This document shows positions 51,169 to 63,693 of a stretch of 64,000 nucleotides of DNA, in pieces; within the stretch, counting starts at the first letter, position 1, and each line of letters begins with the position of its first letter. The DNA comes from Marsupella aquatica (taxonomy: Eukaryota; Plantae; Marchantiophyta): NCBI GenBank assembly GCA_973895155.1, contig OZ316896.1, positions 7,821,278 to 7,885,277 of the forward strand, in the 5' to 3' direction. The notes under the pieces are model-generated. The model was not told the origin of the DNA and did not search any database. It was given only the letters and a program-made list of their open reading frames with translations. Position numbers and translations under genes: made by a program.

Positions 51169-52957
51169 ACGTTCCGTCCTTATTTAGACTAGGCGACTAT
51201 TTCGAGCCGGAGAAACAACCCGACACTTGAAGTCTTAATTTTGGTTCAGATTTTTCCCATAGATGCTAGGAGGTCCCTAGAGCACCCCTAAAAAGTTAGA
51301 TGTCAAGTGGGGTCTCAACCTAGGGTTTCCTTGTATTTTGGTGTGACTTAAATTAACAAAATAGCGGGTCCCGGGAAAAATAGCTGATGAGTAAATTTAG
51401 GAGTTCCAAGTTTGCGAGTGGGTGAAATATGGTCCACTCTATCCCTGGAAACTTGTGGTAGAACTTGGTTATCTTTGTTTACGTTTTGGGAGCATCTCAA
51501 AGTTGAGAAGAATTTTGGAAAACATAATAATTAACCCTCTGTATCTAATTTTAGAAAATCGTTTATAAGGTTTTTTTTAGATATTAGTAAACCAGGACAT
51601 ATTCCTATGGCTAGAGAAGTTGTAGATATACTCAAAAGTCATTTTGGACTCATGTGTGATTTTTTGGGGCGGTCCAAAACGGCCTGGAAATACTGTTTTC
51701 CCAACAAAAAAATCCAAAATTTTTTCTAAGTGTCAACCGCGTCGGCGGCGACCACGACTTATGCACGAGGCCGGGCCGACTCAAGCACGAGGTCAGGAAC
51801 ACCATAAGGGTCAATACATGAGATGCTTGCTTCGAATTAGGAATTAAGAGGCAGCTACGAAATTGAATTGAGCTGCGATAGCTTCAGGCATGGGATGCTG
51901 ATCAGAATTGGCTGGCTGCCTCGACGTTGCTGATTGGAATAGAGCTCCTTGCTATGGAGAAATAGGCTGCTGTTGATCAAGAGATAGCTGGCTGGCTGTG
52001 AGCTATGGTGGGCTATGAAATTGAAGGGCTGGCAGCTGATCAGACTTACTGCTGCACCAGAATTAGAAGGGCTAGCTTCAAGCACAAGATGTTGAGTGTT
52101 GGCTGATTAGTAAGTATGCTGCAAGCTCAACAGTGTTGCTACTTTGCTAGCTACGAAGTTGAGAAGGGTGAGCTATGGCCGGCTGCTGGAGAATAGAGCT
52201 AGGCTGCTAGCAAATTGATTGAATGTAGTAGCAAACAGACCAGCTGCAAGGAAGGAATTAAGAGGGCTAGCTGCGAATTGGTGGGCTATGGCTGCTGCAA
52301 AATTCTGCTGCGATTTTGAATCACTTGCAAGGCTGGATGGCTATGGAGGTGGACTGAGAAGGGTGCTGCAAACCTGGTTGAGTTGTAGATTGACCTGCTG
52401 CCATTCGAATCCAACAGAGAATGATGCAATTTCAGATTGAATTCAAGAGAGGAAAATGGCTGCAAAAATTGATGTCCTTATCAAATTCTTCATAAGAAAC
52501 GTGAGTATAATGAGAGTACTCTCCTCTGGTGACACCTGGAATCTCCATAAGGGGCGTGTAAGGTAAGTGTAATCGGGTCGCCGCTTACACCCGATTTACA
52601 CCAAAAACAGGCCTTGGGAGAATGGGCATAACTTTGGCTAGGGGTATCCGTTGGGGCCCAATTGTTTTTGTGCTGAGTTAGGGGAAGGTAAGGCACCCCT
52701 TGGTGAAGGTGGAAACCCAAAAAAAGAATCACTCAAATATATTTTTAGCCGAGGCCACAAGGGGGTCCCGATGACTTGCAAACCAAAGTCGGCATAGGGG
52801 AATGAATACTAGATTTAGGGGCTGACCTTTCTTGCACCCATACCACTTTAGTTAGGCTCTAGGGAAGGGTACTTACCTTTGGTCAAAGGTGTAAGGCCAT
52901 CAAGTTAAGAAAAGTAAATATAGGGGGTAGTTTATTTAGGGTAGTAAAAATCTAACA
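51169..52957. repeat. Probable LTR fragment of another family
   Basis: Non-coding, GCT-rich; ends ...AAAATCTAACA, a typical LTR terminus; the other end and TSD were not found. Confidence 0.3.
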
Positions 52958-53682
52958 TTTCACTAACTCTGGAGATTCTTTTGTCCAAAGTTGAAGAATG
53001 AAATTTCCAAAACATTCATTTCAAAAATCCAAAAACGTGACCTGAAATTTCCAAAACCCAAAATTGAAGTTTCCAAAAACATACTTTTAAATTTCCAAAA
53101 CCTAGTCCATTGGATGAATTACGAATTCAAAGGCAATGAAAAAAGTACTCCAAATGAATGACTAAAATTACTCTTTATAATAAATGGGGCACTAACGGTG
53201 GTGCCGTACATATATTTTGATATCCCTTCATGGGACTTCATAATTGTTGGGTTTTTTGCTAACTACAACATCGTCTTCCGCTAAAGTGACTACAAAGTTG
53301 ACTAGACAACTACACATATTTGACTAGACAGCTACACTAATCATATCAAGAATATGTGTGAACTAACAAATGAAGGATAGCTTCGTCACAGACACCTATT
53401 TCTCCTCCTTCCTAAACTCTATCCATCTTCCAAACCTCGTCACAGACACCCATTTCTCCTCCTTCCTAAACTATGTCCATCTTCCAAAACCCCTGCCAAA
53501 GCCTCCCCTCTCCCCTCTGCATTCCGCCATAGTCCAATTGTGTCCGCCTTCAAGCCAAAACGACTCCTCTTCTCCTCTCCTCTGCTATTGGGCCAAACCG
53601 AAAGGAATGATTCCAGGGTTGCGCATGCCCGTCACCCCTCCCTCCAAATGGGGATAATTCTAATCTATATGAAACATATTCA

Positions 53683-54728
53683 CTAAATTCTATCCGTAAT
53701 CTGAAGTACTAAGTCCTGTCTACTCTTTACTCCTGTGTTTATTCTACAGAATTTTGACGTTTGTCTGTGAACTGCGCTGACTACTTTCACAAACTCTCTA
53801 AAATTTGTGGCGAATAGCCCATGCGCAGCTCCTAGGCCTTTTGCACATTGATTAGTTTCATGCTCAGTGAAGTCTTCCTTACGAGACATCCACAATATGA
53901 TCTCTATGTGCTAAGGAGTAAGTTCTGAAGTTGTCAATTGGAGAACATCATATTTGCACATTGGCCACGACGCAAAAAGAGAATTAGATTCCCCAAACCC
54001 CTGCAGTTGAGTGTATATTTGTTGATACTGTTTCCGGTCTTCAGCTAAATTCAGACTGGACCATTTTGGAGTGTTTCGCCACAAAATACACACGCACATC
54101 TCTTGCCAAGGCCAACTCCTGCAACACTGGTTGAAGTTTGTTGCTTATAAACGTATCTGCAAGGAAACCATTATTATTGTCGTTGAAGCAATCACAAAAC
54201 AACGTCGAGTGTTCGGGGTTAAAGAAACTTCTATGAGCTAAATCATCAAGAAGGATGGTGTTGCTGTCATTATAAGGTGCGCTTGTCCGATCTCCATATA
54301 AAACGAGGTCATCCTAAATATTTTTCAGTAATTTCACAAAGCAATTTTTCCCTTTGTTTCTTCCAGCCCCATAAAATATCCCAGTCGACAAGGCTTCCGC
54401 TTCAGTTCTCACAAAGACAAATTGATGCTTCTCGTTGGGAAACACTTTCTCCAAAATTTCATGCACATTATGATATACGGCACAGGCCCATATCCCCACA
54501 TCAAATGTCTGAAGACACCATTCAACGAAGCACCGCATTCCCGGTCTTACATAGATGATTCTATTCTTTAGAAACAATGTCTCCCCGTTTTCAGTATTTA
54601 TATCCCTAAGAGACTTTGCTCGCACTCCCGATATTTGCACAATATGTAAGACGACATTCATGTCAAGTACAAGCAGTTTACGAAAATGGTGTTTAGTATA
54701 AAAGTTGCCATATCGTATGTTACAATAT
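53683..54728 (-). pseudogene. FCP1/NIF-like HAD-domain gene or exon (copy 2), decayed
   Basis: RKLLVLDMN, VRPGMRCFVEW..FDVGIW, NTILLDD..RSFFNP. C-terminal extension aligns with copy 1 (PKWSSLNLAEDR / PLWSFVNINDDR; FREFVKVV..QTSKF / PRRFVWEV..LTSKF). Confidence 0.75.
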
Positions 54729-54858
54729 CTGCAGAGTGATGAAACAATAAATGAACATCAATATCGTAAAGTCAATGCAAGAGCGTAACATCAATTACGA
54801 CGCATTGCAACGTATGGAAGTCTGACGATAACATATTCCACACGAGAATCGCGTAGAT

Positions 54859-57800
54859 CTAACTCAAATGGTGATGATAAAGGCTTAGAACAATATTCCT
54901 GCTTTCAGCATCCATGTCCTCGGCTTTGAAATCAATAGGCTTCTCCCTACTCCGGTAATCAGCAAATTTCATGACAAACACTCCGCAGTTGTAGTCATCG
55001 ATTTGAAGAGGGATGTCTTTACAACAATTTCTTGGCCATGACAAAGCATTCAGTTCCTTATGAGTTCTGAACATGGCTTCATCATCTAGATATCTTGCTA
55101 GGTTCTCAAGAACTTTAGGGTTATCTCCGTGCAAAGAATCCAAATAGTCCAGTTTCCTAAGACCCATGTCGATGACGACCAGTGCCCAATGGTTATGTCC
55201 CTCATGAATAGGGACCATGACCATCTCTACATCAGTTAAAAAGTACTCCAACTTTGAGGTCCAAGTTTGAACATTGTCATACTTGTATCCACCTCGAGCA
55301 AGTTCCGAATAGAACCAAGTATCAAAAATATGAACCTGCGAGAGGTCGGTACTCGCGGATTCTGCTCTCGAAGCAATCAGACCAAAATAAGCATTCAAAA
55401 TTTCAGAAGTTATCCATCGCTTGGGACCTAGACATGCCATCTCGTGACGAGTTATGACGCATCCACTGATTTTCGACAAAACTAAATCCTGATCCATGTT
55501 ATGGTTGAGGCAAAAGTCTATCACCACATCATCGTTCAGGTGGAGAGAAGTGGGAAAGAGTGAATTGGCACCTGCCTCATTCGCAGGCTCCACTGCAAGT
55601 TCCACGACAACATTTTCGACATGTCCCATGACGAGCTTGACCTTGCATGGACCCTGATTTTCTGCCCAAGTGTGGGGAGAGGATGGATTGACAATGTTAA
55701 TGGCCTCTTGAACTCCAGTGACAACTCCAAGGTAATCGGAAGGATCCTCAGACACAACCGGTGCAATATCATTTACAATTGAGTCCACCTCGCCAAACGA
55801 CCCCACACGAGGCTCGCATAGAGATAGAGGTATCCCATCGTCATTGTGTTCTTCCTTCACAAGAGGTCCTTCGGAACTCCCTAAGTGGTGGATCGGTCTT
55901 TTCGCCTCACCAAATTCCCATGGACGGCGAATCTGTTCCCCAACATTAATCATTCCAACACAAGGATCAGAAAATCTGTTATCGTCTTGATGGGAGATTG
56001 TTCCAGTGACATGATAGTGCCTCCCTTCCTTTGCGCCACTTGCATTAGAGTTTTGCGTTGAGCTGCCCTCCCCTCCTGGAAGTTTCCATAAGGATTTTGC
56101 AAATTGTGCGACACCCTCCAACAACTTGACATTCTCCGCATAAGACGTGAGGTCCATCACATCCCCCCTTTCCGAACAAAACGAGAAACATTCCCTTTTC
56201 AGAAGCAGGGCATTCTTTAAAACTTGCCCACCAGTAAAGAAGTCCAACACAATTTCCTCCTTCTCAAAAAATTGAAGAATGATTGCCTTGATAATTCTGC
56301 TGGGCTTAATGTTTGATGTAAATGTTCTGCCACCGGGGGTTAGGAAAGGAATGAGTCTATACAAGCGATCTCCAAGAGCGGATTTTTGCTTTGCTGCAAC
56401 CTCTTCCTTGGAAAGGCCAGCATAATCTTCTTTGGCTGGTCTTGCCAGTTCAAGCTGATCCATGGATTCTGCCAAGAAATTACCTTGAAACCCTCTGAAA
56501 TGTTTTTCCCAATCCGGTTCTTGTTCCTGGGAGACTCCAAGGAAAACAATGGACTCAATAATACCCGGCATGAAATGCGATGAGCGGACTTCTTTCGCAC
56601 TCTTCCAATAGCTTCCATACTCCAGATGAGCATTATAACTGGAAGGTAGATCAGTGACAGCTTCAATAATTCTGGCCAGCAAGAGACCCGGGTGCACAAA
56701 AAACACGACAGTCACCAAGTCGTTGGCGGGGACATTCATGACAGTCTTCAAGAAATTCAGCAGCTCCAATTGTGTCCAGGTATTTTGAATTGAGTGTGTC
56801 ATATTGACAATAGCAAGTGACGCATTAATCCTCTCCCTACAACTCGTCGAATCAAAAGGAGGCTCCGCGGAAGCAAGAAGATTCCCAGAGTAAAATATTT
56901 GATATGGATCCATTCTCTCGCAAATAGTTCCCCCAAATTTCTTTTGGTAAATATTCCGTAACCTATTCTTCAAAGGTTCCGGCATATCAGATTTTGTAGA
57001 GACCTTGACTAAACTCTTGAAATAAGCATTGTCGACCATTGAGCAACATCGATCCAATTCTTCATTCGTGAAATTAAACTCGCGGACCACGTTTGACCAA
57101 ACGGCCCCAACATTGAAAACACTTTCATAGGTCTCGCGGTAGAACCGCAAGATTGCACCTTTCAGCTTTTCAGTATACTTGGCTTTCATGGCAAGATTGG
57201 ACATTGAAGGTATATCTGTCCTTGCATGTCTTCTCTTCATCAAGAGAACCTCTCCCAATTGAACTTTATTCAAGATAGAGGTAATGTCAGATTCTTGCGC
57301 CCCCTCAAATACCCTAAATGTCGTCCCAGTAAGTTGCTTTGCTTCCCTCTTCTTCCCAGTCATCTCTCCATTGTTGTCAGGTAAACTACCGGACAACCAA
57401 CTATTGCAGACCGACATCCACAACTTATAGAGGCTCTCCGATGCGAAAAGGATCCAGTTGTATTTGCTGATGCTACTCACTTTCAGTGTGACTTTGGCCA
57501 ACCCTTCGTAATCCTGAAACCCAACAACAAACGGTAAGAACAACACAGTAAACCAAACCTTTGGAGAAGGTATCTTAGAGCCAAGCCTCGGATTCTACAC
57601 GAGGCTCGTGTGGACCACAAAAGAAACTATGGTGTCAAAAAGAACGGACCTGGAATTCCTGGGATTTTTGCCCTGACGGCACTGGCCGCACTGGTCGATT
57701 CATTTCTGAATATTCCATTCTTGCATGCCTGACCTGGTCGATGAATGGTGACGAGAACGATGTGCTTCAGCTTGCAAGTTGTTTGCATGTGAAATCTCAA

Positions 57801-59742
57801 CCAACACCTTAACAGGTGTCGACCCCTTGAGAATTCTTGCACAACGGAATTTGAGAAGGTTGGCAGTTTCAACCAGAGATGGCTGTGTCCGAGAACTCCG
57901 AATGATTTTCCTCGAGGCCATAGTCGAGTGTTCACCACTTATTGCAAAATATTGATACTCAGATAATTGTTTAGAATCAAAATCTCTGACGGAAAGATCG
58001 ATAAGACTGTAAACACCATTAATCATCTTGTAAGGCACCATATCTGCAGGCAAAGGTTCATGGCCGGCATTTGAAATCATCAACTGAACAAGATGGTTGA
58101 CATGGTCTTTGTTGAGTAATCGCTCATTCATTTTTGCCGGCGGAGGATAGATATTCATCAAAGGAACAAGGAAAAATTTTGATAGCCCAAAAGAATACCA
58201 GCATCGGTTTTGCTGCAAAGTCTTTTCTGCCCTCTCAAGTCTGGCTCGATCAACGATTACTTTAGAACTCGAGTCAACATTCATCTCTCCCATGTCATCC
58301 ACGATATCCATCTCAATCATCTCCACTTTCTTATGTTGTTTCTTCGGGATTGGGACATCGGTTTCTAGTGCCTCTTCCATTCGCTCAGTCTCTCTTTTGC
58401 GGCCCCTTCCACGCTTGGACTTCTCCGATCTTGTCACCCCATGGTCTGTGGATACGTCTTGCACTTGAGTATTGACCTTTTGAGATTTTGAGGGCACCTT
58501 TTGTTTCACGACAACGGAAGGTGTTGCAGTGGAAGCCTTACGAGACAAATCCTTCTTAACGACACCTTTTGATACGGGTTTTGCTATCTCTTCCACAACT
58601 GCCTGCTTCTTTTGAGCCTTCTTCCTGACAGCCTTCTTTTGTTCTGGCATGTCGGCCGCCTTAATCTTCTTCTGTGGTTGTTTGGACTTTGAAATCTGTG
58701 GCCCTTTCACCTCAGTAGAGCTAGTGCGGATTTTTGCCTGAGGGACATTGGCTTTCCCAACCTTCTCTAGAAGAGCGATCTTTGAAGACAATCTCTTCTT
58801 CTTGGAAGGAGGAGCGTCTTCTTCCATTCGCTTTCTTTTCTTTTTCTTCTGCACCTCCATCTCAGTCTCAAAGTCCTTTTTCTCTTCAGCCTCTGAGCCT
58901 CCCACTTCCATGAGTTCTTCATCCATGACTTGGATCTCATCTTCAAAGATCTCCTCTGTTCCAACCAACTCAAGACTCAAAGAGTCATTGAGAACAATGC
59001 TCGGTTCATCTGATGTACCCTGTGAACTTGACAACAATCCAGGTTCCTGTACAACTTTGCTTGCTTTGAGATTTGGGCCACCACCATGACGTCCGTGCCT
59101 TTTCTGATTCAAATTGAAGGCCTTCACTACAGGATGGGTCGCAACCCAACGTTTAGTCCTTTCCTCGTCAACTGGATCTGGGAAAGCAATTTCCGGAATG
59201 ATCTTGATCTCTTGCCGGAGTTCATATTCCGGAAAAGATAGAGACATGACGTAAACAACATGCCTGGTTGCAGAAAGGTGAGATTGATAATCTTCGAAGA
59301 ACAAAAAACTAACCCTTCCCAGCCCTGAAACAATATCCTTAGTAGTGAGAACATTATCTGGATCCATGAAACGATGAGTGGATGGATCAAAAATTCCTAA
59401 GGACATTATGTTCATTGTCGCATCATTTGACTCAAGATAATGTGCGCAACAATATTGTTCAACGACAAGAGAGAACTCTCTATATCCACAATTAATGCGG
59501 TCCTCCACCGTCACTGTCAGAAAGACCTTCCCCTTCTGGTGCTCTGGTGCTTTTGAAATCCTACAATCAGCAAGCACACCCAAGTACTTCCAAAACCTTT
59601 TGGGCTTGGCAATAACAATCCCCCACAACCAACACCTCCAAGCGTCACCCTCCATACGCATTTCAAAAGACCATGAATTGACGATTGGATTTTGGGGGCT
59701 AACAGTGCTTGGACTTAGCGGCTGCGGTAGGCGCGGGTGGCT
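54859..59742 (-). pseudogene. ParB/Srx-like + degenerate amino-MTase fold + Ulp1 (peptidase C48) gene (copy 2)
   Basis: ERLLNKDH..AISGEHS..HANNLQ; NIKPSRIIKAII..EEIVLDFFTGGQVLKNALLLKR; Ulp1 residues NHWAL, YLDSL, QIDDYNCGVF. One frameshift near 57755; intron ~57514-57649. Confidence 0.7.
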
Positions 59743-60007
59743 GAAACAAACATACAGGAATCCTAGGAAAGAACCAATACGGAAGATTTAGAACAAAGTC
59801 CAAGATGTCAAAACAAATGCCGAGATTTTATTATTCACAAAAATGGACAATCCGTCCAGAAAACAACTCATTCGACCAAAATGGACTTTGCCCGCTCGAC
59901 TACCATCTTCTAAAGTTGGGGCACATATTCATCTGGGTGCCTCAAACTCCAACTAAACAACTCGTCTAGTACTAAGTCTTGACAAATGAGTTCTAGGGAA
60001 ATGTCTC

Positions 60008-60571
60008 CTAGGCTGCTTCCTTCTTTAGCCTCTTGATAGTCTGGAGGTGGCCTTCCTCCTGGGCCGTCATGATAATCAGCTTCTTTGTGAGTGTCTGTAT
60101 CTGACTCTCACAGAGCTCATCAAGCTTGGCGGCCTCCTTCATCACTAGGCACAACTCCTGACATGTATGAAGATGGTTCCGCTGAGCTCGAAAATATCTT
60201 CCAGCATAATCCTTTCTAATCAAACTAATCTCTTCATCTTTCTCCTTCACAGTTTCTCGTAGGGTCTCAAGTTCCTCGAGGACATCCTTAGTCATTTGGG
60301 ACTCCTTCTCATGTTTATCTTTGATCGATTTCAAATGTTTCAAGGCATTGTTGATTTGGCCTTCAAGGTGACAAATGAGCCTCAGGTGAGTAACATGCTC
60401 TACATGAGAGTCGCGTGAAAGCAAATGGAAATGATATTTACTCCAACGCATTTTCATACGGAAGCACTGATGGGATGAGGATCTCCCGGGATCTACACGA
60501 GAGTCGTGTGAAGATAGAGATAAAAAATGTCTAAAACTGATTCGGAGAAAAAGACTGAGGGTTACCTTCAA
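60008..60571 (-). CDS. Hypothetical coiled-coil protein upstream of cassette copy 2
   Basis: E/K-rich heptad pattern in the C-terminal ~120 aa; true start uncertain. Confidence 0.35.
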   Translation of the reverse strand: MKVTLSLFLRISFRHFLSLSSHDSRVDPGRSSSHQCFRMKMRWSKYHFHLLSRDSHVEHVTHLRLICHLEGQINNALKHLKSIKDKHEKESQMTKDVLEELETLRETVKEKDEEISLIRKDYAGRYFRAQRNHLHTCQELCLVMKEAAKLDELCESQIQTLTKKLIIMTAQEEGHLQTIKRLKKEAA

Positions 60572-60711
60572 GCATGATCTATGCGTTCACGACATAGTAC
60601 TGGAGCTCATCTACACGAGTCTCGTGTAGAAAACTTAGTACTGGGTATCGCATAACACAAATAAATCTAATAGGATAATCTCTACACGAGACTCGTGTGG
60701 AAGGAACCGCT

Positions 60712-61007
60712 CTCGGGGCTTTCACTTCCACACAAATGGCACATCACGTGCGACGAAGTATAGGGTCAATTTATTGGTTTGAAAGGAAGACTTCAGAATT
60801 TTTGTAGAAGAACAATAGGGTCCTTTAAATTCAATTTTGAGACTTATAAGAACATTAGGGTCTTTTAAACCAAATTTTGGAATATTCCAAGAATATTCCA
60901 ACTTTATAGGGGTTGAAAAATACATTTTTTTTCTTACATTTTAGGGGGTCTGAGACCTAAAAACGTCGCAGGGGATGGGGAGACATCCATATAGTGAGAC
61001 CCCTGAG
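60712..61007. mobile_element. MITE family M1, copy 2 (296 bp, intact)
   Basis: TIR CTCGGGGCTTTCACT / AGTGAGACCCCTGAG; perfect 8-bp TSD GAACCGCT. Confidence 0.92.
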
Positions 61008-61734
61008 GAACCGCTGAAATTTGAAATAAAAACAAACAACGAAAAGAAAAACTAAAGATCTACACAACTGTCATGTGGAAATACCTTCAACTCTGGTGAA
61101 AGCTGCGACCGACATCTCCCAGACCTCCGATTCGGATAGATTCGCCATGAAACCTCTTCGCACGTGTGAAACAATTCGCAAAATATGGACGGATTTGAGC
61201 AGAACTCAAAGGTAGAGACGAATGAGTGAAAGGGCGGAGAATGAGCGAGAGGGCAAAGATGAAGGAATGAGTGAATGAGCAAATCTCCTTGAAATATATA
61301 ACTAACACGAGGAATAGGCAAGCGTGAAAATGGGCAAGCGTGAAGCGTGAAGACATCATTAAGAGCACCGCCAAAATATCAACGAATCTTACCAGCCGAC
61401 AATCGTGCAGAGCTATCAGCCTGTCACATTCGAGCAAATGTGCTTATTCTTTTGTCATTATGTGTTGTCATTATCTGACATGATTAATTGCGCCGCCAAA
61501 ATATCAGAAAATCCTATCATTTTCGTCCATTATATTCGGGATTATGTTCGGGATTTCTATCTGGGAATGGTATTTATCGATTAGTCGTCCTGATTCTCTA
61601 GTCATTCTCTCGCCAGAGGTGAATGGTTCCAAGGACAAGTTCTGGCACGGGTGGTTCAGAGGACAGGTTTTGGCACGGGTTTGAGTCCAAGGACTGCTTC
61701 TAGGCGCCCAATTGGTACGTCCCTTCTGGGATTC

Positions 61735-61798
61735 CATTCCTGTGACTGTCTCATTCCTGTGACTGTCTCATTCCTGTCAGTGTCTCATTCCTGTCACT
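61735..61798. repeat. 17-bp tandem repeat CATTCCTGTGACTGTCT, ~4 copies
   Basis: Directly visible. Confidence 0.85.
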
Positions 61799-61937
61799 CT
61801 TGGAGAATGTTTTTTTAGGACAATTATCTGTACCTCATTTCTTTCAAAAGTTCTACTAAATAGGGGTACTATTATAGGATATTTAGCATTTCAAGAGGAA
61901 TTAGACCTCATTTCTTCCTTAACTGCCCTAATTTTAG

Positions 61938-63000
61938 TGTAGTATCACACTAGGGACATAAATAAACATTTAAGATCCAAAACTCGGTATTCGTTCCCAT
62001 GGAAGAACATGTAAGGAATGATTTTCTATGATTTAGCACTTTTGAATGACTTAAGTAACAAAAACACAAAGGTGAGCCTTTTACTATGGTTGCTCAACAA
62101 GGCATAGTTTTGAATGTTTGCTTAACATTGTAAATAAAATTAACAAATGGAAACAATTAACAAAACACAATGAAAATCTTGAGGTATGGTGAGGGAGTTA
62201 GGAAACAACCAAGGTGACTCCTCAACATAACTTCATTTGATATGATTTAGGTGGTATATCCGCAAGAACATTTCTGGAAAGGATTACGGTACTAGGATGA
62301 TTACTAAAATGCTGTCAACATGTCTCAACTTTTCCTTCCAGGTACAGAGTGGAGACTAGTAATCAATCACTTCTGTATCCAATCGGTACTTTGTGTCACA
62401 AATAAGAGATACCATCATGATCAAATTTGAAGCCATAAGTACTTGGTAAGCAACAATCTTTGCATCCCGTGCACAAGCAATGTCACGTCAAAAACTATGC
62501 ATCAAGAACTAAGGAATATGTGAAACATCACCAACAAGGAATCTATTTCCACATACTCAAAAGATTTAACAATCACAATAATTTTACTTCGAGGGTCTAA
62601 ACTTCTCATTCATTTAGACTTGAAGGGGGAAGAATTTCTTTATATTAAGTACTCATATGCAATGGAGTGCTTGCTACAAATGGAGGTAACAAAGTTGCAA
62701 TCTTGCAACTGAGCGCTCATGAAATTTCTTCACACTTGAAATGACATGAGAACTACTACTTATATGCTAGGAGGAACTAAAAGGAAAAGAGATAATGAAA
62801 GGACATGCCCTTTCTTATCTCAAGGGTCATGGGTAAAAGTAAAAGTAACAAAAGTGTACTACAGGAGTACCTAAGGTTCAGTGGAATGTTCCTGGGATGA
62901 AAAGCTAACTAAAAGATATTTCAGGTGTTAACTATTGTAAAAGTGGAATTATGGTAAAACTAATGAATATGGGTTTTGTCCAAATTTTAGTTTCTAAACT
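61938..63000 (-). repeat. LTR fragment related to family C
   Basis: Starts TGTAGT; AAACTCGGTATTCGTTCCC at ~61979 is the reverse complement of the sequence near the family C end (~33315); far end unresolved. Confidence 0.45.
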
Positions 63001-63364
63001 AAAAGTCATAAAAAAGTGAGACTTTGCTGAAGTGGTCTCTGATGTATATTATTTATGCTGGCAAAATATGAGACTTTTCTGAGGTGCCTAAGGAAAATCT
63101 TGAGAAATCTTGAAAGTAAATCAAAAACCGCAGAATGGGAAAAGAGAGTGAGGAGTTCCCTATTTGGACAAGACCAAGAAACGGCCAAAGCGTGCGAATC
63201 ACGGGTCTACGGCCATGTCGCTTTCAGTAGACCCTAGCCTAGAGACCAGAGCGAGGCCGCTCTATGCAACCCTCGTGCAGATCCAAATGGTCTACCTAAA
63301 CATTCCTTGGTAAGGCAAAACAAAGAGGCCCTACGCGAGCATCGTGCAGAAACAAACACTCCAT

Positions 63365-63693
63365 TCAGAAGTTCTCGGAAATGTATGCATTCACGCTTTC
63401 AAGAACATGAACTGGAACTTTCACTTTAATTACCCTTTGCCTTTGAATTCCAGCCATTGATTGTAGACGTTGCGAGGAGCCAGTCGTGTTGGATTGTAGG
63501 ACTTTGGTAATTTGGATCAACTTCCCAGGACTGTTTAGAATTGAAACAATCTCGATATTGTTCAGAGTCTGGGACAGACAATTTTCGATGGACAGGTCTC
63601 CACCATTCCACCTCAAACTCCCCAGCATGAGCATCATCTGGAACCGGCACAACGCGATCCATGGCTCTTCCTAGCCAGAATCGAAGGGGAACT
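63365..63693 (-). pseudogene. C-terminal fragment of a plant TE-associated protein (FWLGRA..VEWWRP..YRDCF..W)
   Basis: Motif pattern recalled from the C-termini of bryophyte DUF7869-type transposase-like proteins (unverified); truncated by the bacterial segment. Confidence 0.4.

Noticed and set aside
53381-53490. ~54-bp direct duplication
   Set aside because: Simple local tandem duplication with no supporting structure.
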